A DNA stretch of 23,578 bases from Candidatus Latescibacterota bacterium. GTDB taxonomy: Bacteria; Latescibacterota; UBA2968; GCA-2709665. Positions 1 to 7,445 of this stretch are shown here, in pieces (within the stretch, counting starts at the first letter, position 1; the number at the start of each line of letters is the position of its first letter). The translations under genes were made by a program, and so were the position numbers. The notes beneath the pieces were generated by a model. That model ran no database searches. It saw only the letters and a program-made list of their open reading frames with translations, and had not been told where the DNA came from. The stretch lies in the NCBI GenBank assembly GCA_963662665.2, contig CAXXJS010000038.1:1-23578 (forward strand), in the 5' to 3' direction.

Positions 1-519
1 CAGTTCTACAAGTTCGGCTTTGGTATGCTCCTGCAGGTAGGTCCGCAAGGTAGTATCCCGGGATTGCCCGGTTTCGATGCTATCGGAAAGTGTCTCATCA
101 GGCTCCTCGTCCGGGTCATCAACGTCGAATTCCAGCGGCTCCTTATCGTTTTCCGTGATTGCGTCCAACTCGTCTAGGAGCGGGTCGTTTGCTTTAACCC
201 GGCCGACAGCGGTTCTCTTTTTTGCCATTTCCAGATATTCCACAATGACGGCCACCGCGTGTTTGAACGTCGTCCAGTAGGGACAGGTACATTCGCCTGT
301 AAGGTCCTTGTCTCCCTCAATACTCACCCTTGTGGCATAGAGGTGGCTGCCCGCCACCCAGGCGACCAGGGCGCCCTCTTCGTCGCGTTGCAATTCCCGA
401 ACGGCCCCTTTTCTCTGATAGGACCGACCCCGCGCAACGATGCGGCTGCCCGCCCATTCCTCCAGATCGTCCCACGTCAGTTCCGAAAAAGGATCAATGG
501 GCTCTTCGTGTTCGGTCAT
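1..519 (-). CDS. SWIM zinc-finger family protein, 5' part (runs off the window edge)
   Basis: Manual translation from ATG 519: MTEHEEPIDPFSELTWDDLEEWAGSRIVARGRSYQRKGAV...LVAWVAGSHLYATRV...GECTCPYWTTFKHAVAV...; no stop before position 1. The RG..Y, V.Gs..Y and CxC..xKH motifs match bacterial SWIM proteins. Absent from the ORF track because there is no stop in the window. Confidence 0.8.
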   Translation of the reverse strand, partial: MTEHEEPIDPFSELTWDDLEEWAGSRIVARGRSYQRKGAVRELQRDEEGALVAWVAGSHLYATRVSIEGDKDLTGECTCPYWTTFKHAVAVIVEYLEMAKKRTAVGRVKANDPLLDELDAITENDKEPLEFDVDDPDEEPDETLSDSIETGQSRDTTLRTYLQEHTKAELVEL

Positions 520-568
520 GTTCTTTCGGGGAGCCATTTGGATCAGGTAATCCTTTCAAAAAACGGCA

Positions 569-597
569 CTTATATACTTATCCTGACAGGTTGACAA
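569..597 (-). promoter_or_regulatory. Putative sigma70-type promoter for the SWIM gene
   Basis: Minus strand TTGTCA-N17-TATAAG, ~50 nt upstream of ATG 519. Confidence 0.5.
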
Positions 598-679
598 TTG
601 CTGTACTCGGCATTGAAATTCTTCCTCGGCCTACCTCGGCTCGTACTCATTTCCTTCCACAATATTTCAACATTGCGGC

Positions 680-708
680 TTGACAGGATTAATTCTATCC
701 GGTACTTT
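680..708 (+). promoter_or_regulatory. Putative sigma70-type promoter for the small coiled-coil gene
   Basis: TTGACA-N17-TACTTT, ~40 nt upstream of ATG 750. Confidence 0.6.
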
Positions 709-749
709 TGCAGAGAAGACATCCAATTGACAATCACGGGAGTACGCAA

Positions 750-989
750 ATGAACGGAGAAAACACCTCATGGAGTAATGTTCTCAAGATGAATACACCT
801 ACTATTGTTGCACTTGCGGCTATTTTCATCACTATGTTCAGTCTCAAAGCCGATATTCATAGTCTCAAAGCCGATATTCGAGAACTCAGACAGGATATCG
901 ACCGAAAACTTGAAAGAATAGATGCCCGCCTGGATTCCTTCGGAGAACGCATCACCGCAAACAAGACAAGGCTCGACACCCTGGATTAA
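750..989 (+). CDS. Small protein with one hydrophobic helix followed by a heptad coiled coil
   Basis: ATG 750 preceded by GGGAG; hydrophobic stretch IVALAAIFITMF then LKADIHSLKADIRELRQDIDRKLERIDARLD heptads; promoter upstream and hairpin terminator downstream. Confidence 0.7.
   Translation: MNGENTSWSNVLKMNTPTIVALAAIFITMFSLKADIHSLKADIRELRQDIDRKLERIDARLDSFGERITANKTRLDTLD
840..879 (+). repeat. 21-bp-period tandem duplication (one heptad) inside the coiled-coil gene
   Basis: AGTCTCAAAGCCGATATTC at 840-858 and 861-879, encoding SLKADIH/SLKADIR. Confidence 0.9.
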
Positions 990-1011
990 CCCGATCTCCC
1001 GTAACACCATC

Positions 1012-1051
1012 AACAGCCTGCCCGAATCCCAAATCGGCAGGCTTTGTTATT
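1012..1051. terminator. Hairpin terminator between convergent ORFs
   Basis: AGCCTGCC(C)GA 1015-1025 pairs with TCGGCAGGCT 1034-1043, followed by TTGTTATT on +. Confidence 0.6.
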
Positions 1052-1137
1052 CCTCTTCCGTTCGCCTCCTCTTCCTGTCCTTCAGAATCCGCTCAGTACG
1101 CTCCTGTAAACTGCCAGAATCGACTCTCTCGCCCCTC

Positions 1138-1362
1138 TCAGTGTTCCTCTGGTGTCCCTGACTCATTGACAAGCTTCTGAATCGTCTCAGGAGTGCTACT
1201 GTCAAACTCCTCCTCCCACAAACTGATCGTCTGATCATCAGGGAATGTCTTCAACGGGCCATAGGTCCCATCCGCCTGACGATACAAGGCACCGGATCCA
1301 AACGCGTCAGAGCCCGGAAGAACGCTTAACAGGACGATCATCAACGTACGCTTAAGAACCAT
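1138..1362 (-). CDS. Small hypothetical protein with a signal-peptide-like N-terminus (possibly frameshifted)
   Basis: MVLKRTLMIVLLSVLPGSDAFG... basic then hydrophobic N-terminus; starts just after the ImmA stop; no recognisable family. Confidence 0.35.
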   Translation of the reverse strand: MVLKRTLMIVLLSVLPGSDAFGSGALYRQADGTYGPLKTFPDDQTISLWEEEFDSSTPETIQKLVNESGTPEEH

Positions 1363-1380
1363 TAACACCCGGCAGTGCCC

Positions 1381-2517
1381 TTACAGACTTGCCGAGAAGG
1401 CCCGCAATGTCGACACCTTCCTTATACCGAGAAGTCGGAAGGACTCGGAAAACGAAGTCCGCCCTCCCAGCGTACTGGTCACCAAGGCGCCACCAAACCG
1501 CCGACCTACACGCGCCTTGAGCGTTGGATGGAAACTGCCGCCGCTTGCCGGTTCGATGTTCCTTATTCGATCCAATTCCCGGCCGTAGGCTGACCCAAGC
1601 TCTTCACGGTCCAGTGCACCGACGTCGTGAAGCCGGCGAAGTACGACCAACGTGCTGACTTTGAACTCGCGAGCCAGGCGATTGAGCTGATTTGGTAGTT
1701 CCTCGCTCTCACGGTAACGCTCACGCAAGGACGCAAGCGGCACAAGAAGCTCGGCGGCGACACGGTTGCACCACGCCTCTACTTCGTGGACAGGCACGGA
1801 AACCACGTCTGCATTGGAAAGGGCCGACTCGCCGAGCCAGATGTGGCCGAGTTCGTGAGCCAACGTAAACATCTGAGCCGCCTTCGTGTCGGCGCCGTTA
1901 ATAAAGACCAGCGGTGCATGATCGTCGCTCAGGGCGAAGCCCCGAAACTCTGCGGGGTCAAGCCTGCGATGGGTGTTGTTACCAACGATCCCGCTTGTCA
2001 TTACCAATACGCCCAGCGCATCGGCCTGCTCAATAAAGCGCCTCAGCGCCTCGGTCCAGGTACGTAGATTGTGCCGCTCCTCGATATCGAATCCCAGTTC
2101 GGCCCTAATCTTTCCCGCAGTGGACTCAACATCGCTGTGAGTTGTAGCGGACCCGACAAACGCCAGCGGATCTTCTCCCTCGATGCGTGCATAGTCGCGG
2201 TACCAATCCTGGCGCTGCAAACAGAGATAGATTGTATCCAACAGTTCCACACTGGGCCGTCCGACGAACTCATTGCTGATCGTTCGCATGTCAGGTATAG
2301 GGACCGGTTCATCAAGCGGCTCCGAAAGGAAGAAAGAACCGATAGGCGCATGGGTGGCGCGGGCGAGTTTTTCCAGTTGCTTAAGCGTTGGCCGCTTTTC
2401 ACCGCTTTCCCACTCAGGATACTTGGGAAATCGCTTCACGAGAGTATCCACATGAATGCCCGCCCGCTCTCGCGCCCAGCGAAATAACTCCGGTTTGACA
2501 TTGACCCGCAGTGTCAT
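1381..2517 (-). CDS. XRE-HTH + ImmA/IrrE (Peptidase_M78/DUF955) zinc metallopeptidase
   Basis: Start ATG 2517 with AAGGAG RBS; N-terminal HTH (LFRWARERAG...WESGEKRPTLKQLEKLA); FRGFAL, FTLAHELGH (HExxH), E.WCNRVAAELLVP, FKVSTLVVLRRL. Confidence 0.93.
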   Translation of the reverse strand: MTLRVNVKPELFRWARERAGIHVDTLVKRFPKYPEWESGEKRPTLKQLEKLARATHAPIGSFFLSEPLDEPVPIPDMRTISNEFVGRPSVELLDTIYLCLQRQDWYRDYARIEGEDPLAFVGSATTHSDVESTAGKIRAELGFDIEERHNLRTWTEALRRFIEQADALGVLVMTSGIVGNNTHRRLDPAEFRGFALSDDHAPLVFINGADTKAAQMFTLAHELGHIWLGESALSNADVVSVPVHEVEAWCNRVAAELLVPLASLRERYRESEELPNQLNRLAREFKVSTLVVLRRLHDVGALDREELGSAYGRELDRIRNIEPASGGSFHPTLKARVGRRFGGALVTSTLGGRTSFSESFRLLGIRKVSTLRAFSASL

Positions 2518-2705
2518 TGGAGACTCCTTAATACCTGAATGGCTACAGCCCGGACGGCGAGGGCTTCGATATGCTCCGACACCTGCTTGACCGTCTCCTC
2601 CCGCCAAGCACAAAACGCAACGTCGCACCCCTCCTTTTCCAGACCCTTTGCCGTTGCGAGACCGATCCCGCGGTTCCCACCCGTCACAAGTACGACTTTT
2701 GTCAC
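2514..2705 (-). pseudogene. N-terminal fragment of a short-chain dehydrogenase/reductase (SDR)
   Basis: KVVLVTGGNRGIGLATAKGL (TGxxxGIG Rossmann motif); SDR-like sequence stops at ...AVAIQ just before the expected D(V/L); the GTG start lies inside the IS end. Confidence 0.85.
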
Positions 2706-2751
2706 GGATCGCCCTAATCAGGCCACCCATGATCGGCATAATGGAGCCACC
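2700..2751 (+). repeat. IS21 right end with two tandem transposase-binding repeats
   Basis: GATCGCCCTAATCAGGCCACC (2707-2727) and GATCGGCATAATGGAGCCACC (2731-2751). Confidence 0.85.
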
Positions 2752-2790
2752 TGGAAGTGGCGATTTGGGGGTTTCGGAAGGGGCATGTAA

Positions 2791-4062
2791 TTAGTGTTTT
2801 TCAGCCTCCTTTCCAAGGTGTTTTTTTGGTGATTGTGGTAAGGGTTTAGGTGCGCGGAAGCTCTCGCCTTCCAGGATGACGCGATAGGCGCCGTGTCTGA
2901 GGCGGTCGCAGGCGGCTTCCAGGCGCCGGGTGCCGTAGCGTTCGGAAAGTCGGATGATGCCTTGCGCCGCGCGGAGGTTGTCCAGCACGCGATTGGAGAA
3001 GAGGGTCTTGATGAGGCCGTGGCAGTCGCCGTGAACCTTCACCTTGGCCCAGGCCGCCTGCTCAGGTGGAGTGGCGGGTAACGGTTTGAGGAACCCGCGC
3101 TCGGTCTGTGCGAACCGTGTCAGCGGCCGTTCGTGGGTGGTGCCGTGAATGAGGTTGCCGGCCACCCCCTGGATCCAGTCCTGGAACTGTCGATTGGCAT
3201 CGCTTATGTCACGGAACTGGCGCAGGGGCACAAAGGTGCGCTTGTCATACTTCACGGCAGCCACCACGCGCCCCTTCTTCTTCGGGTCTCGCACGGGGCA
3301 CGGTGAGATGGTGAAGCCATAGCCTTCCGCACACTCGCCGTAGGCGCGCTGTACCTCCGGATCGTGGTAACAGGCCCTGGTGATGGCGTTTTTATGGTTG
3401 TCGATGACTACGCGTGCCGGCACGCCGCCGAAGAACTCGAAGGCGCTTCGATGGCAGGAAAGCCACGTCTCGACCTTTTGATCCGGTACGATCTCGGCAT
3501 ACTGGTGGCGAGACCAGGCCAGCACCATCACGAAGATCCACGTCGCGATGGTCTGGTCTGTGAAGACGTCCTCTATCGTGGGACCCCGCCCAAAGTCCAC
3601 CTGCGCCACGTCGCCCGGATCGAAGTCCAACACGGTCGTGACGTCGGGATGAGCGTCTTTGAGCTGTTGGAGAAAACGACGGATGGAAGAATACGAGCCG
3701 GCATAGCCGTAGGTGTCCACCAACGCCTGGTGGATGACCGTACCCCGGATACCCTGACGCCACCAGGCCGTCACCTTATCCTGGTAGGGTAGCACCGACG
3801 ACGCCGACTGAGGTCGTAAGGAAGGAACCTGCAGAACCTGCGCGAGGGTCGCATCATCGGGCAATACGCTGGAAGCCTCCAGCCATCCCTCACGGCCAGC
3901 GACTTCACGAAGCGCCTGCCTGTGTGTGTCCGCATGCAGACAGGCGCCGGCCTTCTGACGACCCATCAACCCTGAACGGGCGATCGCACGATCCGACTCG
4001 CCCAAACGCATACGCGTCAATACCTGGCGATACTCATACATCTCGAACCTCCGGTTTGCCAT
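2791..4062 (-). pseudogene. istA: IS21 transposase IstA with internal deletions, fused in frame to the IstB C-terminal tail
   Basis: ATG 4062 with GGAGG; HTH, PGDVAQVDFG, FVMVLAWSRH, FFGGVPARVVIDN, HGTT motifs; ends in DRLRHGAYRVILEGESFR, which resembles the IstB C-terminus; the conserved KG(K/R)VE glutamate reads V. Confidence 0.85.
3912..3947. repeat. Palindromic REP-like element inserted in frame in istA
   Basis: GCGCCTGCCTGTGTGTG-TC-CGCATGCAGACAGGCGC hairpin; adds ~10 aa (CLHADTHRQA) to the N-terminal HTH region. Confidence 0.7.
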
Positions 4063-4142
4063 GTTCTTCCCTCCTGATTGTCGGGGAGACACTCAGAAGG
4101 TAGATACGTTGCCGGAAAGTCCGAAACCTCAATCGCATCCGA

Positions 4143-4195
4143 GGTGGCCTGATTAGGCCGATCCCGCATTGGCCGCATTTGGGCGATCATTAACA
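4143..4195 (-). repeat. IS21 left end with two tandem transposase-binding repeats
   Basis: Minus strand TGTTAAT-GATCGCCCAAATGCGGCCAAT-GCGG-GATCGGCCTAATCAGGCCACC. Confidence 0.85.
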
Positions 4196-4228
4196 AACAA
4201 GCTGTGCGGTATACACGTCCGGCAACAA

Positions 4229-4783
4229 TCATAAGCGCATATCGGACAGTACCACCGTCAAACGGGAATTGATGTCCCCTTCGGTGCCCAACACTCGCGC
4301 CAGATAAGAAAGTGCCAGACCGTACCCGCACCCGAGTCGGCCCAGCCATACAGCAAGCCGCAGGTAGCTTTCTGGTTCGTCCGCATCGCCGAAGCCGCCC
4401 GCTGCCAATGGCAAGACCAAACTAACCGCCGTCGGATGGTTGTACGCTGCCAGCCCGTCCTTTGCCTCGTTGGCCCACCAGCTACGGTCCTCATTGAACC
4501 GGAACTCATCCGGCAGGCACTTCCATACGGCGTCCATCTGTTCGTACGCCGCGCGCAGCTCTGTTGTCATCACGTGCACGCCGTCGGCGCTGATTTCGCA
4601 CTTGGTGATCGCTACCGCATGGAGGCACACTTTGCGCAGACGGAAGACCCAGTCTGGCTCGTCCGCCTTGACCCTTCGCTTCGGGGCGTCGATGTCGATG
4701 TGGATTCGAGTGAGTTCGCGAAGCATGTCGCGAGACTTCTCGCACCGTCCTCGCTGCACCTCAGTCGGTTCGAGCGCTTCCAT
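4229..4783 (-). CDS. Hypothetical helical protein, possibly DUF5677-like
   Basis: ATG 4783 preceded by GAGAGGA; overlaps the upstream gene end; motifs LRAAYE and LAAYNHPT. Confidence 0.5.
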   Translation of the reverse strand: MEALEPTEVQRGRCEKSRDMLRELTRIHIDIDAPKRRVKADEPDWVFRLRKVCLHAVAITKCEISADGVHVMTTELRAAYEQMDAVWKCLPDEFRFNEDRSWWANEAKDGLAAYNHPTAVSLVLPLAAGGFGDADEPESYLRLAVWLGRLGCGYGLALSYLARVLGTEGDINSRLTVVLSDMRL

Positions 4784-5669
4784 CCATTCCTCTCGTCGCG
4801 GCGGCTTGGGCGGCGCCAATTAGCGCCTTGGACGACTCCCGTAGGTCGCTGAGTTGTGCCAGCGCAGGTTCTACCCACTGGTCCCATTGATCACCCGTGT
4901 CTCCGGGGACCGGGCACAACGCTACAGCAGCGTTCATGTGAGCCACCTGCTCCACGAGGTAGGACATCAAGCCCATGAACGCGAATTCGTCATCAACCTT
5001 GTCGATGGATATGACGCCACCTCGCCACGAAAGCCCCCTCCAATCCGCCGTCTTGCCGTGGCTGAAGTGCTCGCTCAAGTAGCCGTACCATGCGCGGCCT
5101 CCAGCGAGGTGCGCCACCTTGTCTGCTTGATTGAGGCGCCACGATTTCTGCCTCTTCGGCGTCCCTGCCCCGAATTCTTTCGCTACGGCGGCTTCCGCCT
5201 TCGTCGCCATCTTACGCAATTCCTTGGCGCTGATTCGGCCTTTGGTTCTGTTACGTAACGTTTGATAGAAGTCCGCGTTCGTTCGGGTCCCCAACATCGC
5301 GGTGGCTTTCTCCATCGGCATGAGTACATCCGGCGCAATGAACAGAGTACGAAATCTGAACACAAGCTGTCCGGCACATTCAAGTACCGGCCTCATCTGC
5401 ACCGCAAGCGAGTGCAAGTTGCCGCTCTCGTTAGCTCGGAGGACGGCATTCGTGTGTATCCGCGCCTTGCGAAGCAGCAGTGCGCCTTCGATCCGTATCG
5501 CCGCAGTTGGATCTGCATTGATGTCGATTTCCGCTGTGGACTCACGCCAACCGCCGCTAACGTTCAGCCGCCGTTCGATCTTGCATGTCGTCTCGATCGT
5601 GTTCGTCAGCAGCTTTGCCATGCCCGCTCGACATCTGGCAACGTCAGTTCTCAACGGATTGTTGCTCAT
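4761..5669 (-). CDS. Hypothetical helical protein, DUF5677-like
   Basis: 302-aa ORF with AGGAG RBS; MRPVLE (R..lE) and YGYLSEHFSHG (Y..LS...H) motifs. Confidence 0.6.
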   Translation of the reverse strand: MSNNPLRTDVARCRAGMAKLLTNTIETTCKIERRLNVSGGWRESTAEIDINADPTAAIRIEGALLLRKARIHTNAVLRANESGNLHSLAVQMRPVLECAGQLVFRFRTLFIAPDVLMPMEKATAMLGTRTNADFYQTLRNRTKGRISAKELRKMATKAEAAVAKEFGAGTPKRQKSWRLNQADKVAHLAGGRAWYGYLSEHFSHGKTADWRGLSWRGGVISIDKVDDEFAFMGLMSYLVEQVAHMNAAVALCPVPGDTGDQWDQWVEPALAQLSDLRESSKALIGAAQAAATRGMDGSARTD

Positions 5670-6018
5670 TTTATTGCTCCTGTAACGGTCGACAGCATGC
5701 GCCCCGACGCCTACAGCGGCGTTCGCTTGAGTGTCCAGAACGAACCCGTGATACCCGGTGCCATCGCCGGTTTGATTCGTCCTCTCAGTCGATCAGAGCT
5801 TCATTCAGCCTCAGACACTTTTCCTCGTTCAGAACCTCAAAGCGCATCACCTTGCTCCGCATGTTTATCACAAACTCGGCCAAATCGGCCTCGCGGACCA
5901 CGAAAAACAGATCCAATTGGCAAGCAACATCTCAGCAGCAAGGTTTCGATTCAAGCAAAGAACACGCTTGCGGTTCATGGTCTCGCGGCCAATGCTGTTC
6001 CTGTATGGGCTCTACGTA

Positions 6019-6051
6019 CAAAAGGGTCTGTCGCTCTTGCCGACAAACCCT
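6019..6051 (-). terminator. Intrinsic terminator downstream of hicA
   Basis: Minus strand AGGGTTTGTCG-GCAAGAG-CGACAGACCCT followed by TTTG. Confidence 0.65.
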
Positions 6052-6073
6052 CTCGTGCAGCATTATTTAATGG

Positions 6074-6304
6074 CTATATTACACTCAGAAACTCGCCCCG
6101 GTCAATACCCGCCTGCGTAAGTATACCTCTAATTGTTCCACGCGCCAGTCGTTGATGCACAGGAACAACCGCCACTTTGCTTCTGATCGGATCGGGACGC
6201 TTAAGCACAACATGGCTTCCACTCTGTCGTACAAAAACAAAACCGAGTTTTTCGAGTGCTGCAATAACGTCATTGCCGGACTTGTCCGAAGGCAATTTAG
6301 GCAA
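6074..6304 (-). CDS. hicA: Type II TA system HicA family mRNA interferase toxin
   Basis: LEKLGFVFVRQSGSHVVL...VVPVH..LARGTIRGILTQAGI; GSH catalytic motif; TTG start overlaps the hicB stop. Confidence 0.93.
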   Translation of the reverse strand: MPKLPSDKSGNDVIAALEKLGFVFVRQSGSHVVLKRPDPIRSKVAVVPVHQRLARGTIRGILTQAGIDRGEFLSVI

Positions 6305-6482
6305 TCTTGAACTCCGTCACCGTAGCCCCGGTTTCTTCAAGGTAAAGAGTCGTGGCCTCCTTGAGGTTTTCCAACGCTTCCTTCGGGGAAGTGCCCTGGC
6401 TTACCGTACCCAATGCCGGACAATCGGCAACGTACAAATCATCCTCTTTTGTAATCACCGCGGTCAAGTTTCTCGCAGCCAT
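6297..6482 (-). CDS. hicB: Type II TA system HicB family antitoxin (short form, no DNA-binding domain)
   Basis: ATG 6482 with AGGAGG; YVADCPALGTVSQGTSPKEALENLKEA signature; 61 aa. Confidence 0.92.
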   Translation of the reverse strand: MAARNLTAVITKEDDLYVADCPALGTVSQGTSPKEALENLKEATTLYLEETGATVTEFKIA

Positions 6483-6771
6483 TGGATCCTCCTGGAGAAT
6501 CATCCGTCGTACCACAATCTACGATATTAAAGAAGCGGGGCGGGCGCTAATGACTGAATCCAGACCTGATAGCGAATATATCAAACCTGCCAATATTGTG
6601 CAATTGCTTTTCTGCAATCGGGCAAAAATCGAGGATGAATCCAAGCCGCAGCGCCTGTCCGGCGAGTTTCGGTGTGGTCTCTTCACGTCTCCCCTCTTTT
6701 TGCCGGAAGCAGTGAATAGTTGACAACTGTGCACTTGCTACAGCCGAACGGAACTTGCCTAAACGGGGACG

Positions 6772-7025
6772 CTGAGCTTTTCGAAGTGCCCGCGTTTCGG
6801 TGCCTCTTTCACCCTTCGCCGGCCCTTCGACAAGCTCAGGGTGACGGGTCAATGGTGTATAACAATGTATACGATAGGCTGCTCCCTGAGATACCTATCT
6901 TTAGACTCTTACAGTAAGACTTCAACGCAGGATGCGTGCAGGTTTAGTCAGGCTGTTTGCATAATGTAAGGGATTGAAATCCCCCCACCGCATCAGCCGT
7001 CGCCGCCCCTTCGACAAGCTCAGGG
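6772..7025. repeat. Three copies of a CTTCGACAAGCTCAG REP-like unit
   Basis: Identical CCCTTCGACAAGCTCAGGG at 6823-6841 and 7007-7025; inverted 14/15 copy CTGAGCTTTTCGAAG at 6772-6786. Confidence 0.85.
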
Positions 7026-7044
7026 GCCGGGCTCGGCTTCTGCG

Positions 7045-7445
7045 ACTCCCCCTCACGGGGGGAGTGATTGAACTCTCAAACGGGCTCGCCCGATAATTGC
7101 CGACATTTGGTTGCGGTTAAGCGTTGCGAACCCGCGCCGGGCAACCGGTATCCGGGAGGTGTCGCAAAATGCGACAGTTGCGCATTTTCCGGTTTCCCTT
7201 TGTGTCTTTGTGTCTTCGTGTGAGCTGACTTTGTCTGGCTTGGCTGAGGGGTCTCCAAAAAGCGGGGAGCCGTGAGCCGGGAGACGGGAGAAGACGTCCT
7301 TGCCCGATTGGTTCTTCCTTTATGCAATCGGCAAGAAGCGAAACCGCACGGGGCAGGCAATCTCTCCCCTCCCTCCCGGGAGCGAGGGCATCCCGCCCTT
7401 GTAGCGCTTCGATTGGATTTGTAGGGGCAGCCCTCGTGGCTGCCC
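7045..7445. repeat. Cluster of further palindromic and short tandem repeat elements
   Basis: ACTCCCCC-TCACG-GGGGGAGT 7045-7065; GTCGCA-AAA-TGCGAC 7161-7175; (CTTYGTGT)x3 7198-7221; heptamers GKGAGMM x4 7265-7292; GCGAGGGC-ATCCC-GCCCTTGT 7382-7402; GTAG-GGGCAGCC-CTCGT-GGCTGCCC 7421-7445. Confidence 0.75.

Larger units (their letters stand above)
2700..4195 (-). mobile_element. IS21-family element, internally deleted (~1.5 kb), probably non-autonomous
   Basis: Imperfect terminal inverted repeats with TG...CA ends: TGTCACGGATCGCCCTAATCAGGCCA (2700+) vs TGTTAATGATCGCCCAAATGCGGCCA (revcomp from 4195); tandem internal end repeats; IstA-like ORF inside. Confidence 0.9.

Noticed and set aside
2518-2739. 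N-terminal extension of the 452-aa ORF (1381..2739)
   Set aside because: It is an off-frame reading of the SDR fragment and IS end; the ImmA-family start with an RBS is at 2517.
5785-5920. Short minus-strand reading frame (LDLFFVVREADL...EALID)
   Set aside because: Under 50 aa with no clear RBS or start and no recognisable family.
5262-6155. 297-aa plus-strand ORF
   Set aside because: Antisense to the 302-aa gene and hicA, with no motifs.
6772-7025. Possible CRISPR array from the CTTCGACAAGCTCAG repeats
   Set aside because: Only three short copies in mixed orientation with irregular spacing, and no cas genes.
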